Source of the DNA: Candidatus Eiseniibacteriota bacterium
GTDB taxonomy: Bacteria; Eisenbacteria; RBG-16-71-46; CAIMUX01; VGJL01
Assembly (NCBI GenBank): GCA_041946735.1
Contig: JBHGAY010000007.1
Coordinates: 100,504 to 164,503 of the forward strand
DNA length: 64,000 nucleotides
Direction: 5' to 3'
Shown here: positions 9,485 through 18,901 of the stretch, in pieces
Layout of the letters: the number at the start of each line of letters is the position of its first letter
Position numbering within the stretch: the first letter of the stretch is position 1
Translations under genes and position numbers: made by a program
Notes under the pieces: generated by a model
Seen by the model: only the letters and a program-made list of their open reading frames with translations
Database searches by the model: none
Told to the model about the DNA's origin: nothing

Positions 9485-10719
9485 CGAACCCTCCCCCTCT
9501 GCCGGAAGACCGAGGACTCGCCACGTGGAGAGCGAACCTCCCGGCACTCCTGCTGCTCGGGGTTCTCGCCCTGATTCTGTGGACCCTCTACCGCGCCGTC
9601 GGCATCCTCGTGCCGCTGCTGGCCGCCGTCCTGCTACTTTGGCCCGAGCGCGACCAGCCGTGGGCACGGAGGATCCTGCAGCTCCTGATCCTCCTTGGAA
9701 CGCTCTGGATTCTCCACGAGACGCGAATGGTTGTCTATCCCCTCGTCGCGGGCCTTCTCGTCGCGTACTGGCTCGACCCGCTCGTCGACCGGATGGAGAA
9801 GCGCCGGATTCCGCGGTCGGTCGGAGCCCTCGTCGTCCTCGTTCCGATCCTCGTGATCGGAGCTCTGTTCGCGTTCTTCGTCGTCCCCCTGTTGCTCCAG
9901 CAGCTCTCCGACCTGATCCGCGCGATTCCCGATCTCTACCTCTCGCTGCGCGAGAAGCTCGAGCCGTGGATCGGCCGCTACCTGCCGGTCGGCGCAAGCC
10001 CGGCCGCAGGAGGCGGCCCTTCGTCGGTCGCGCAGACGCTGGGGCAGCATCTGGAAACGATCCTGACCGGGATCTGGGGAGGAGCAACGAGCGTCACGCG
10101 CGCGATCGGCGCGGTTTTGACATTTCTCGGGATGGTCGTCCTCGCGCCGGTTCTGAGCTACTACCTGCTCGCCGACTTCCCGCGGATTCGCGGATGGTTG
10201 CGCCAGCAGGTCGGCGCTGCGGGGAGGGAGAGATTCCTGAGCGTGTTCGCCGAGTTCGAGGCTGTCGTCGGTCCGTATCTTCGCGGGCAGGTGCTGGTAT
10301 CGCTCGTCGTCGGGATCCTCCTCACCATCGGGTACCTGATCATCGGACTCCCCTACGCCATCCTCCTCGGCTTCCTCGCCGCCGTCCTCGGCCTGATCCC
10401 GATCCTCGGTTTCTGGTCGACGATGATCTTCACCGTTCCTGCGGCGCTGCTCGCGCCCCATCCGGGCACGATGCTCGTGCGCTTGCTGATCGTCATCGTG
10501 ATCGAACAGCTCCTCGAGCAGCAGGTCCTCGTCCCGCGGATCGTGGGCAAGGCGATGGGACTGAACCCCGCCGTCATCCTCGTGGCGGTCCTGGCGTTCG
10601 GCGCGATCCTGGGCCCCGCCGGCGTTCTGTTCGCCGTGCCTGCGGCCGCCCTGTTGCGCGCCTATCTCGGCCGGCGAGCCCGCGCGGGCAAGACGCTGAC
10701 CGAGATTCTGCCTTCCTGA
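9478..10719 (+). CDS. AI-2E (PerM) family transporter
   Basis: AYWLDPLVDRMEK, YLRGQ, LIPILG, EQQVLVPRIVGKAMGLNP motifs; multi-TM. Confidence 0.9.
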   Translation: MTSNPPPLPEDRGLATWRANLPALLLLGVLALILWTLYRAVGILVPLLAAVLLLWPERDQPWARRILQLLILLGTLWILHETRMVVYPLVAGLLVAYWLDPLVDRMEKRRIPRSVGALVVLVPILVIGALFAFFVVPLLLQQLSDLIRAIPDLYLSLREKLEPWIGRYLPVGASPAAGGGPSSVAQTLGQHLETILTGIWGGATSVTRAIGAVLTFLGMVVLAPVLSYYLLADFPRIRGWLRQQVGAAGRERFLSVFAEFEAVVGPYLRGQVLVSLVVGILLTIGYLIIGLPYAILLGFLAAVLGLIPILGFWSTMIFTVPAALLAPHPGTMLVRLLIVIVIEQLLEQQVLVPRIVGKAMGLNPAVILVAVLAFGAILGPAGVLFAVPAAALLRAYLGRRARAGKTLTEILPS

Positions 10720-10750
10720 CGTCCGGAGTATCACCCGGCCTCCTGGGCCG

Positions 10751-11314
10751 CTACACCTCCGCCGGGATCTGAGGCGAGGCGCCCGGCTCCCCGTCCGGTC
10801 CCTCGCGCGTCCTCGCGAGGGCGAGCCAGCCTGCCTCCATCCGCTCGCGGAGCGACGGAGGGGCAAGGTGAGCGATCACGCGGCCGGGAACGGCGAGGAG
10901 GGGAAGCGCCCGGCTCTCGCGAAGGATCGGCCGGTTCGCCGGAACCAGGCCGACGAGCAGCGAGGCGATGGCCGCCACGAGGAAGAGGCCTCGCAGGACT
11001 CCGAGGAGGCCGCCCAGGAGCCGGTCGGCGCCATCCGGCTTGCCCGAGGAGACTCCGAGGAGGAGGCCCAACACCCGGAGGGCGGCGAACGCGACGAGGA
11101 AGAGGAGGACGCCGAGCAGGACCTCGCTCCCTGGCACGCGCTGCACGGCGCGGGGAAGCTGCTCGACGAGGGGACGGGCGCCGTGGAAGGCGGCGAGGAG
11201 CCCGGCGATCCAAGCGAGGAGCGATACGACCGATTCGAGGAATCCGTTGCGGAGCCCCGAAGCGATGCTGAGGAAGAGCAGCAATCCGAGCCCGACGTCG
11301 ATGACAGTCGCCAT
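10751..11314 (-). CDS. cvpA: CvpA family membrane protein
   Basis: ID...GLRNGFLES...DRLLGGLLGVLRG...S motif; RBS AGGAGG before ATG 11314. Confidence 0.85.
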   Translation of the reverse strand: MATVIDVGLGLLLFLSIASGLRNGFLESVVSLLAWIAGLLAAFHGARPLVEQLPRAVQRVPGSEVLLGVLLFLVAFAALRVLGLLLGVSSGKPDGADRLLGGLLGVLRGLFLVAAIASLLVGLVPANRPILRESRALPLLAVPGRVIAHLAPPSLRERMEAGWLALARTREGPDGEPGASPQIPAEV

Positions 11315-11541
11315 CGGCCACCTCCTGGTAACGCCCGAGGACTGTACGACCCATGCGGAGGCCGCACAACAAGAGCTTCGGCGACGGACTCGCTGGGCGA
11401 GGAGCGGGGGCCGCCGGCAGGGGCGCGGAGTGCCGGAAGGTTGCGGGGATCGCCGGACGGCCGGCACCGTGAGACGGCGAAAGCCGGGAGCTGGCGACTC
11501 CCGGCCTTCGCAAACGGAGGGCCTTGCGATTCCGCCCCCGG

Positions 11542-12306
11542 CTAGTTGAGGCTGAATCGCATCGGGATCTGTACCCAGACGGCGACCGGCTTGTGCTGCT
11601 GGAGCGCCGGCTTGAAGACCGCTTTGCGTGCGGCCGCAATCGCCGCGTCATTGAGCATCGGCACCCCTTCGGTGACGAACGCGTCCTGCACCTTCCCGTC
11701 CTTGCCGACCAGAGCGCGCACCATGACCGTCCCCTCGACTTCGGCCGAGCGGGCCATGTCCGGATAGACGGGAGGGGGGATCTGGATCAGGACCGGCATC
11801 TCCTCGACCGCGACGAACTCGTCCGGCGAGGGGTTGTCGTTCTGCGCCGAAGGGATATCGACGATCAGCGAGTCGCCACCGCCCGAATCGAGCGAGGAGA
11901 GGCTCGTCGGAACGAGAGCCTCGGCGAGTTCCGCCTGGCTCGCGATCGTGGACGTCGTCGCCTGGAAGTCGGGCACCGGCTCCGGGATACCGATCGAGGG
12001 CGGAGCGGCGGCGGCCGCGACCTGGACCTGCGTGGCGGTCGCCTCCTGCGCGATCGAGGGAGGCACACCCAGCTCGGTGTACTTCACGATCTTCACTTCC
12101 CGGACGACCGGAGGCGCTTCCCTCTCCAGGCTGCGGGCGATCAACCAGCCGCCGAAAAGCCCCACATGGAACATCAGAGCGATCGACACCGCCCAGTAGA
12201 GGAAACGCGAGTACCGCTTGCGAAGCGGATGCGCGTTTCCGACGACCGGAAGGCGCGCCGCGTCGGGAAAGGCGTAAGGATTGGGCTTCATCGTCGCGGC
12301 TTTCAT
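11542..12306 (-). CDS. tonB: Energy transducer TonB
   Basis: N-terminal TM with S-x3-H (SIALMFH variant), Pro-rich linker, TonB_C YPDMARSAEVEGTVMVRALVGKDGKV. Confidence 0.92.
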   Translation of the reverse strand: MKAATMKPNPYAFPDAARLPVVGNAHPLRKRYSRFLYWAVSIALMFHVGLFGGWLIARSLEREAPPVVREVKIVKYTELGVPPSIAQEATATQVQVAAAAAPPSIGIPEPVPDFQATTSTIASQAELAEALVPTSLSSLDSGGGDSLIVDIPSAQNDNPSPDEFVAVEEMPVLIQIPPPVYPDMARSAEVEGTVMVRALVGKDGKVQDAFVTEGVPMLNDAAIAAARKAVFKPALQQHKPVAVWVQIPMRFSLN

Positions 12307-12797
12307 GACGCCGACTCCAGCACCTTGATGTCTTCGGGCCCCAAGGGGATGAGACTGAAGCGGCTCATGTTCGCGAGCTCCAGCTCGTCCATGACGTCCA
12401 CCATCGTCTTGTACTTCGCCGCCCGGTCGACCTTCACGAGAATGATCAGCTCGGGATTGAGCTTCGCGTTCTCGGTGAAGAGCGTCCGGAGATCCTTCAT
12501 GGAGGTCGTCGACACGCCGCCCGTACCCATACGCCAGTAGAACCCGTTGTCCGGGGTGACGTACAAGGTAAGGACGTTCGACTCCGCGACCTGCACCTTC
12601 GTGTCCGCCGGCGGCAGGTTCACCTCCATCGCCTGCGGCTTGCGAAAGACGGTCGTCACCATGAAGAAGATCAAGAGGAGGAAAGCGATGTCGACCATCG
12701 GCGTCATGTCGATGCGGATCGCCACCCTACGCTTGTGGCGGAGGCCAAAGCCTTTCTTCTTCTGTTGCGGTTTGTCCGCAAAGTCCATCCCGCCCAA
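12303..12797 (-). CDS. exbD: ExbD/TolR family protein
   Basis: IDMTPMVDIAFLLLIFFMVTT with the conserved TM Asp. Confidence 0.93.
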   Translation of the reverse strand: MGGMDFADKPQQKKKGFGLRHKRRVAIRIDMTPMVDIAFLLLIFFMVTTVFRKPQAMEVNLPPADTKVQVAESNVLTLYVTPDNGFYWRMGTGGVSTTSMKDLRTLFTENAKLNPELIILVKVDRAAKYKTMVDVMDELELANMSRFSLIPLGPEDIKVLESAS

Positions 12798-12802
12798 AGC
12801 GC

Positions 12803-13252
12803 CTACCTCCCTTGGTTCTCCCCGCCTGTCGTGCTGGCTGTCTTGAGCTCCGTCATCAGGTTGAACCGGTTCGTATTCGTATGCTGCAGCGCGTCCATCA
12901 CGTCCGCAATGAGACCGTAGTCGGTCTCCTTGTCACCCTTGACGATGACGCGGGCGCCGGGACGGCGGCTTCGCGCCGTGACGATCGCGTTCACCAGCTC
13001 ATCCTTCGGGACCTCTCCGGCCGCGCCCGATTCGTCTCCGATGAAGATCTTCCCGGACTTGTTCGCCGTGATCACGATGATTCCGGTCTCGGGGACCTTG
13101 ATCTCGGAGCTCGACTCCGGCAGCGTGACCGACACCTCCTCGGGCGGCTTGAACTGCGTCGTCGACATGAAAAAGATCAACAGAAGGAACGCCACATCGA
13201 CCATCGGCGTCATGTCGATGCGGATCGCGACCCTGTGCTTAGCCTTGGCCAC
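12803..13252 (-). CDS. exbD: ExbD/TolR family protein
   Basis: IDMTPMVDVAFLLLIFFMSTT; IVKGDKETDYG. Confidence 0.93.
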   Translation of the reverse strand: MAKAKHRVAIRIDMTPMVDVAFLLLIFFMSTTQFKPPEEVSVTLPESSSEIKVPETGIIVITANKSGKIFIGDESGAAGEVPKDELVNAIVTARSRRPGARVIVKGDKETDYGLIADVMDALQHTNTNRFNLMTELKTASTTGGENQGR

Positions 13253-13976
13253 GGGCCGACTCCTTCTGGTGCTCGAGCAACTGGACGACCTCGTAGGTCG
13301 TCTCGTCCATGTTGTAGTTGAAGCTGTCCACGCGGTTCGTGAAGTAGTTGTACATGACGATCGAGATGATCGCGAGGAACAGGCCGCCGGCCGTGTTGAT
13401 CAGCGCCTCGGAGATCCCGATGGCGAGCTGGATGGCGTCGGCCGCGCCGGCATGCCCCATCGCCTTGAACGAGCGGATCATTCCGATCGTGGTGCCGAGC
13501 AGACCGACCATCGTGGCGATCGAAGCGATCGTCGAAAGAGCGATCAGGTTCCGCTCGAGGAGCGGCGTCTCGAGGGCGTTCGCCTCTTCGATGGCGCGGC
13601 GCGTCTCCTCGATCAGCTCGTCCTTCGGAAGGTTCGCGCTCCCCTTGAGGAAGTGGTAGCGCTCCAGCCCGGCGCCGACCACGTTCGCGAGGGAGCCGCC
13701 CTGCTTCTTGCACACGTCGATCGCGGCCTGGATCTGATTCGCGTCGATGTTCTTCTTCAGGTTCCTGGCGAAGGCGTTCATGTCGCCGCGCCCCTGGGCC
13801 CGCTTCAGCGTGATGAGCCTCTCGACGATGAACGTCAGCGAAAGGATCGACAGCGTCATCAGGATCGGGACGAGGTAGCCGCCGAGACGGATGAAGTCCG
13901 GCAGCATGTACTTGTAGATCGCCAGCGATACGAGCACCGCCAGGACGAGGATCGGGAGGAAAACATAGCCTTTCAT
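13239..13976 (-). CDS. exbB: MotA/TolQ/ExbB proton channel
   Basis: LSTIASIATMVGLLGTTIGMIRSF...GISEALINTAGGL. Confidence 0.93.
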   Translation of the reverse strand: MKGYVFLPILVLAVLVSLAIYKYMLPDFIRLGGYLVPILMTLSILSLTFIVERLITLKRAQGRGDMNAFARNLKKNIDANQIQAAIDVCKKQGGSLANVVGAGLERYHFLKGSANLPKDELIEETRRAIEEANALETPLLERNLIALSTIASIATMVGLLGTTIGMIRSFKAMGHAGAADAIQLAIGISEALINTAGGLFLAIISIVMYNYFTNRVDSFNYNMDETTYEVVQLLEHQKESARGQG

Positions 13977-14011
13977 TTCTGCCCTCCGTTGAGGCCCTTC
14001 ATGCGCCCGGT

Positions 14012-14356
14012 TTAGGCGCGGTTGGCTCCCGACAGCGCCTCCTCAACGCTGTCGAAAGTCTCGAAAACGAACGAAAGCTTCGTGATCAAGAAGACGCTGT
14101 TGATGCGCTTGCCGATCCGGGCGAGCCGCAGCCACCCCTCTCGGTTGCGACAGCTGGTGTGCGCCGCCACGAGCGAGCCGAGACCGGCGCTGTTGACGTA
14201 GGAGACCTTCCCGAGATCGATGATGATGTGCGGCGGCCCCTGCGTGAGGATCTCCTGGATCGCGCGCTCGAGCTCGCGCGTCTCCTCGCCGCCGCTCAAG
14301 TCCTTCTTCGGTGTGAGGATGTGGACGTCACCCCGCTTCTCGACATCGACGTTCAT
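14012..14356 (-). CDS. STAS-domain anti-sigma-factor antagonist
   Basis: IIIDLGKVSYVNSAGLGSL (SpoIIAA/RsbV-like, phospho-Ser position retained). Confidence 0.88.
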   Translation of the reverse strand: MNVDVEKRGDVHILTPKKDLSGGEETRELERAIQEILTQGPPHIIIDLGKVSYVNSAGLGSLVAAHTSCRNREGWLRLARIGKRINSVFLITKLSFVFETFDSVEEALSGANRA

Positions 14357-14406
14357 CCTTCGTTCCTCCTGCCCGTGGCGGCCGAGCCCGCCCGCCCAGG
14401 CTGCGA

Positions 14407-16227
14407 CTATTGCTGCCCCTTCTCGAGAATCTGGACGAGCTTCTTCGCGTTCTCGTGCTCCGGGTTGATTTCCAGCGCTTTCTTGATCGCCGCGAGCCCC
14501 GCTGCGGTCTGCCCCTGAACGGCGAGGGCCTGGCCGTAGAGGACCCAGCTGTCCGCGTTCCCAGGATCGATCGTCGTGGCCTGCTTCAGAACGTTCGCTG
14601 CGTTGGCGTAATCCTTCCTCTTGAAGTAGCTGAGGCCCAGCCCGCGCAGAGCCATGGCGTTCTTCGGATCCTTTTCCGTGGCGGTCTTGAACGCCTGGAT
14701 CGCCGCTCCCGTGCTGTCCGCCATCTGTAGCAGATTGCCCAGGTATGACCAGGCGGGAGCGAAGTCAGGCGCCAGCGATGTGGCCTTCCGCAGGTCGGCC
14801 ACGGCGCTCGAGGTCTGTTTCAGCTGCGCCTTGGCGAGGCCGCGGTTCATCCACGCTCCCGAGTTCGAGGGGGCGAGCTCGATCGTCCGGTCGAAATGCA
14901 GCACCGCCGAGTCGGGCTTCTGCTGATAGAGATCGAGCAAGCCGAGGCTGAACCAGGCATCGGCCTGAGTCGAGTCGAGTTCGACCGCGCGCAGGAGATC
15001 CGCCTGGGCGGGGTCGAACTCCTTGTCCTCGAGCTTCATCTGTCCCATCGCCACATAATCGGTCGCCTCGAACTTCGTCGTATCGGGAAGCGAAGCATAC
15101 GCTTTCTTCGCCTGATCCCTGTCTCTGTTGAAGTACAGGGCGCGCGCTCGCAGCAGTCGGGTCTCCACGTTCGTGCTGTCGAGCACGTACGCCTGCTGCG
15201 CCGCGTCGAGAGCGGGGCGGTACATGCGTGCTTTGATGGAGACGTCGGCCAACCCCCGGTATCCCTGCGGGTCGTCCCTCCGAAGGCTCGTATACCGCAG
15301 GTACGCCGAAGCCGCCTCCTCGTTGCGCTTCGCGAGCGAGTAGAGCTGCGCCATGTCCTTCCAGGCCAGCGCGTACGTGGAGTCGATGATGACCGCCTGC
15401 TTGTACTGCTCGAGAGCCTCGTTGTAGCGCTGCTCCTCCTGGTACAGAACGCCGAGCGAATGGCGGACCGGGGCGGTGGCGGTCAGGCCCGGCGTCGCCA
15501 ACGCCTGCTCGTACACCGGAATGGCGAGAGACCGGGCGCCGCGCGCCGTGTAGATCTGCGCGACGAGCGTTCCATAGTCCGGATCGTTCGGGTAGATGAC
15601 GAACGCCGACAACGCGTTCTTCTCGGCCGCCTGGATGTCTCCCTCGGCCTGCTGGACCAGGGCCATGCCGTAGTGGTAGTAGTCGGCGCGCTCCTTGCGC
15701 CCCTTCTTCCTCTCTCCCTTCGCCAGGAGCTTCTTCGCCTCGTCGAGCTTTCCGTCGCGGATCAGGATCCTCGCAAGGCCGTACTGCGCATCCCAGAGAC
15801 TCCCCTTCTGCCGCAGAGCGGTGTCGAACTCCTGTTTCGCCTCTTCGTAGCGCTGGAGCTTGAGAAGGGTGAGCCCCAGTCCGGCGTGAGCTTCAGGGAA
15901 GTCCTCCTTGCCGGTCTCCTTGTTCTTCTCGATGATCGCCTGCCGGTAGAGCGGCTCCGCCTCGGCGTACGAGCCCTGCAAGGCGAGGATCTCCGCCTGC
16001 CCTTGATGGGCGTTGTAGACCTGATGCTCGTTCGCGATCGCTTCCTCGAAGTACTTCCGAGCCTGGTCGATGTCGCCTTGCTCGAGGGCGTTGTTCCCGA
16101 GCCGGATCGGATCGTCCTCGTACCGGTAGCTTTTCTTGGCCGCCTCGGCGACGACCGGAAGCGAGGCCGCGACCAGGAGCAGGACGAGGCCCCCCCGGAT
16201 CCGCTTGCGCATAAAGGAACGCAGCAT
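14407..16227 (-). CDS. Exported multi-TPR protein
   Basis: Signal peptide then many TPR units (AHAGLGLTL, AWFSLG, AWMNRG, AWSYLG); start 16227-16251. Confidence 0.88.
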   Translation of the reverse strand: MLRSFMRKRIRGGLVLLLVAASLPVVAEAAKKSYRYEDDPIRLGNNALEQGDIDQARKYFEEAIANEHQVYNAHQGQAEILALQGSYAEAEPLYRQAIIEKNKETGKEDFPEAHAGLGLTLLKLQRYEEAKQEFDTALRQKGSLWDAQYGLARILIRDGKLDEAKKLLAKGERKKGRKERADYYHYGMALVQQAEGDIQAAEKNALSAFVIYPNDPDYGTLVAQIYTARGARSLAIPVYEQALATPGLTATAPVRHSLGVLYQEEQRYNEALEQYKQAVIIDSTYALAWKDMAQLYSLAKRNEEAASAYLRYTSLRRDDPQGYRGLADVSIKARMYRPALDAAQQAYVLDSTNVETRLLRARALYFNRDRDQAKKAYASLPDTTKFEATDYVAMGQMKLEDKEFDPAQADLLRAVELDSTQADAWFSLGLLDLYQQKPDSAVLHFDRTIELAPSNSGAWMNRGLAKAQLKQTSSAVADLRKATSLAPDFAPAWSYLGNLLQMADSTGAAIQAFKTATEKDPKNAMALRGLGLSYFKRKDYANAANVLKQATTIDPGNADSWVLYGQALAVQGQTAAGLAAIKKALEINPEHENAKKLVQILEKGQQ

Positions 16228-16257
16228 CAAGTTCTCCCTTTCCAGCAACATCTCGTC

Positions 16258-17262
16258 TCAGCCGGCCGTCTGCAGCGGTTTGCTCGTGAGGACGACCTCA
16301 TGGGGCACGTCTCGCGCCGGCAGGAAACCCTCGCTCGCCACGAGCCTCTGTCCCCTCCCGCTATGGAGGAACGTGACGAATCCGGAGGCGCTCGCCGTAC
16401 TCTTAGGCGTACAGGATACATACAAGTAGTGAAAGAGCGGATATTCCCCGGTCGCGATCGCGGTCTCGGTGGGCCGCGCCGCGTCCGGTCCAGCGCCTTG
16501 CCCGTCCGGCCGGATCCGGATCGCTTGCACACCCGATCTCGCGAGATCCGGCGGCAACTCGAGCGTGCTCGCGATGCCGAGACCGTGAGGATCGCGGGAA
16601 ACCGCCTCGATCACTTCCTGCTCCCCGGCGAGGAACACGACGCGCCCGGACGCGGCGCTCGAGAGGCCGAGCTGCGAGAGCAAGGCGTCCCAGAGACCCT
16701 GGTTCGGATCCGGCACATAGAGGTGCTGCGGCGCCTCGAGTTCCTTCGGCTCCTCTCCCTCGAGGAGCGAACGGAGCGTTTGCACCGGCACCGACTCCGG
16801 CACCCCAGGAGATGTTGCGGCGAGGAGCGCGATCCCGCCGAGCGCGATCGGAAAGACGAGCGTCGACTCCCCCGCCTCGTGCACCACCGCCCGCTCCTCC
16901 ATCGTCAGGTCGCGATTCAAGAAGGCTACGTCCGCCCGGCCGTTCAGAAGATCCTCCAGGGCCTGCCGAGTCCCGCCGTGGAGCACCTCGATCGACGTCT
17001 TCGGGTACAACTCGCGATACGCGGACGCCAAACGGGGAATCAGCATCGGTGCGCAGTCGAGACCGGCGAGGACGAGCCGGGCCTCCGCGGGATTCGAGCG
17101 AGGAGGCTCCTTCACCCGCGACCGCCAGTCGGGGACGAACCGCAGGACGACCAGCGCGAGGAGGATCACGAGATAGATCCATATCCTGCCGCCGGCCAAG
17201 AGGTCGAACCCGGGACGCCGTGGCCTCGGCCTCCTCCCCCGCTCCGTGCCCGTCCGGTCCAT
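16258..17262 (-). CDS. PstS-like substrate-binding protein (membrane-anchored)
   Basis: GGTRQALEDLLNGRADVAFLNRDL, IALGGIALL, IATGEYPLFHYLYV, FLHSGRGQRLV. Confidence 0.8.
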   Translation of the reverse strand: MDRTGTERGRRPRPRRPGFDLLAGGRIWIYLVILLALVVLRFVPDWRSRVKEPPRSNPAEARLVLAGLDCAPMLIPRLASAYRELYPKTSIEVLHGGTRQALEDLLNGRADVAFLNRDLTMEERAVVHEAGESTLVFPIALGGIALLAATSPGVPESVPVQTLRSLLEGEEPKELEAPQHLYVPDPNQGLWDALLSQLGLSSAASGRVVFLAGEQEVIEAVSRDPHGLGIASTLELPPDLARSGVQAIRIRPDGQGAGPDAARPTETAIATGEYPLFHYLYVSCTPKSTASASGFVTFLHSGRGQRLVASEGFLPARDVPHEVVLTSKPLQTAG

Positions 17263-17268
17263 CAGCCT

Positions 17269-18249
17269 CTAGCGGCGTCCGACCTGGACACCCAGGAACG
17301 GCACGACCTCTCCATGGTTCGCGCGGGCACCGAGCCCGAGGTGAAGGCGTTCCTTGTAGAACGGCGAGAGGCGAAGGCTTGCGGACGCATACGGACTCTG
17401 ATCGTCCGTCCCCCCCTCTTCCGTGAGCAGCGAGTATCCGGCCGAGAGATCGAGACCGAGGCGGCGGTGGATCAGGCTGCGCGAGACGAGCAAGCCCACC
17501 TGCTTGTTGGAGACCGCTTGATCGGTTCCCAGACCGAAGCCGAGCTCGACTCCGACGTCCACCTTTCCATCGCGAGGCTCCCAGAGGAGCTGCTGCAGCT
17601 GCAGGTTCGTCAGATCGACCTCGTCGCTTCCGACGTCCCGCCGCACCATCAGTCCGGTCTTCTCGGGGAATCGTCCGGTCGGGTCATAGGTCTCTTGCCG
17701 CCGCGCCGCCATCAGATTGGCGGCGACCCGGTCGCGCTCCGCCCTCGTGTCCGTCAGCTGCTTCGCCAGAGCGTCGGCGCGTGTGCGGAGCGAGTCGATC
17801 TCCGCCTGCCGAGACGCCACGTTCATGCTGTCTCGCACGGACTGGGCGACCGCCTCGTCGGTCTGGTCGCGAAGCGAGAGAATCGCATCGGAGAGACCGA
17901 TCACCTGCTGATCGAGCGTCTGCCGGCGCACGAATCCCGCCTCGATGTCGCTGCGTAGCTGCAGCAGGCCGCCGACCGCGTGGACGCTGTCGGCTTTCAT
18001 CTGCTCGAAGGTCGAGAGGGTCGCGGTGACGACGGAGTCGGCTTGAGCGAGCAGACGCTGGCCTTCGAGGGTCGCGGCTTCGCGCTCCTGCTGCTTGCTG
18101 GCGATGATCTCGACCCCTTTGGTGTTCATGTACATCCGGCCCGTGATCAGGAAGATGGCCGCGATCAGGATCAGATCGAGGATGTAGAACGCATGCCGGG
18201 GGCGGAGCCGGAATTTCGGATCGAAGGTCTCTTCGTCTTGGAAACGCAT
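17269..18249 (-). CDS. Hypothetical protein: N-terminal TM, coiled coil, C-terminal beta-strand-rich domain
   Basis: TM at about aa 20-37, heptad region, alternating strands (VDVGVELGFGLG, LGLDLSAGYSL, FLGVQVG); tight operon spacing. Confidence 0.7.
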   Translation of the reverse strand: MRFQDEETFDPKFRLRPRHAFYILDLILIAAIFLITGRMYMNTKGVEIIASKQQEREAATLEGQRLLAQADSVVTATLSTFEQMKADSVHAVGGLLQLRSDIEAGFVRRQTLDQQVIGLSDAILSLRDQTDEAVAQSVRDSMNVASRQAEIDSLRTRADALAKQLTDTRAERDRVAANLMAARRQETYDPTGRFPEKTGLMVRRDVGSDEVDLTNLQLQQLLWEPRDGKVDVGVELGFGLGTDQAVSNKQVGLLVSRSLIHRRLGLDLSAGYSLLTEEGGTDDQSPYASASLRLSPFYKERLHLGLGARANHGEVVPFLGVQVGRR

Positions 18250-18259
18250 CGTTTGCTCC

Positions 18260-18901
18260 TCACCGCTTCGGTAGCGCGTCGCGGTTCGGGAAGTCCCCTT
18301 CCCCGGTCACGAGCGCGGAGTTCTTCCTGTAGGCCTCGGGATGGAGCAGGCGGTCGGCCAGATCGTTGGTCGCCGCGATCTCGGTCTCGAGCTGCGCGAT
18401 GTCGTTCGATCGCTGCTCGATCAGCGCCCGGAGGGAGTCCACGCGAGCCTGCATCGTCTCGAGGCGCCGAGAGTAGGCGTCGCTGTGTTCCGTCGCCGTC
18501 GCATAGACGGTCCGGAGGGAGTCGGACTCGACCTCCATCGTGCGGATCTCCGTCAGGTTGTCATGGATCATCGTCTGGATGGTGTCGAGGATGGCGCCGG
18601 CCTGCTCGCCGCGCACGGCGATCGTGTCTCCCACGGCCCGCAACGCGGAGATGCGGATATTCACCTTCCGCGCCCTCGTGAGCGAAACGTTGCGCGTCTC
18701 CTCGACGCCCTTGCGCTCCTTCGCCATCTCCTCTTCGATCGCCTTCGTCTGCGGATCCACTCTCTGCGCGTCGAACCACCAGACTGCGATGAGCGGGATC
18801 ACCAGGTACCAGCTGCGCGTGTAGAGCTTCCGGAGAAAGCTGCTGAAGGCGCTCCGGTGCTCTCCCGTATCCGACCAGCCGGGCCGTTCTCTATAGGGCA
18901 T
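18260..18901 (-). CDS. Hypothetical single-TM coiled-coil protein
   Basis: SWYLVIPLIAVWWF TM then long E/R/L-rich heptads; RBS GGGAG before ATG 18901. Confidence 0.7.
   Translation of the reverse strand: MPYRERPGWSDTGEHRSAFSSFLRKLYTRSWYLVIPLIAVWWFDAQRVDPQTKAIEEEMAKERKGVEETRNVSLTRARKVNIRISALRAVGDTIAVRGEQAGAILDTIQTMIHDNLTEIRTMEVESDSLRTVYATATEHSDAYSRRLETMQARVDSLRALIEQRSNDIAQLETEIAATNDLADRLLHPEAYRKNSALVTGEGDFPNRDALPKR

Noticed and set aside
10751..11314. Bacteriocin production from cvpA
   Set aside because: CvpA is a widespread membrane protein; no bacteriocin or immunity genes are adjacent
14896..17958. 1020-aa plus-strand ORF, and similar long ORFs such as 155-2290, 30764-33040, 41569-43443 and 51615-53813
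   Set aside because: Antisense shadows of well-supported genes; stop-poor frames are expected at this GC content, and they show no motifs
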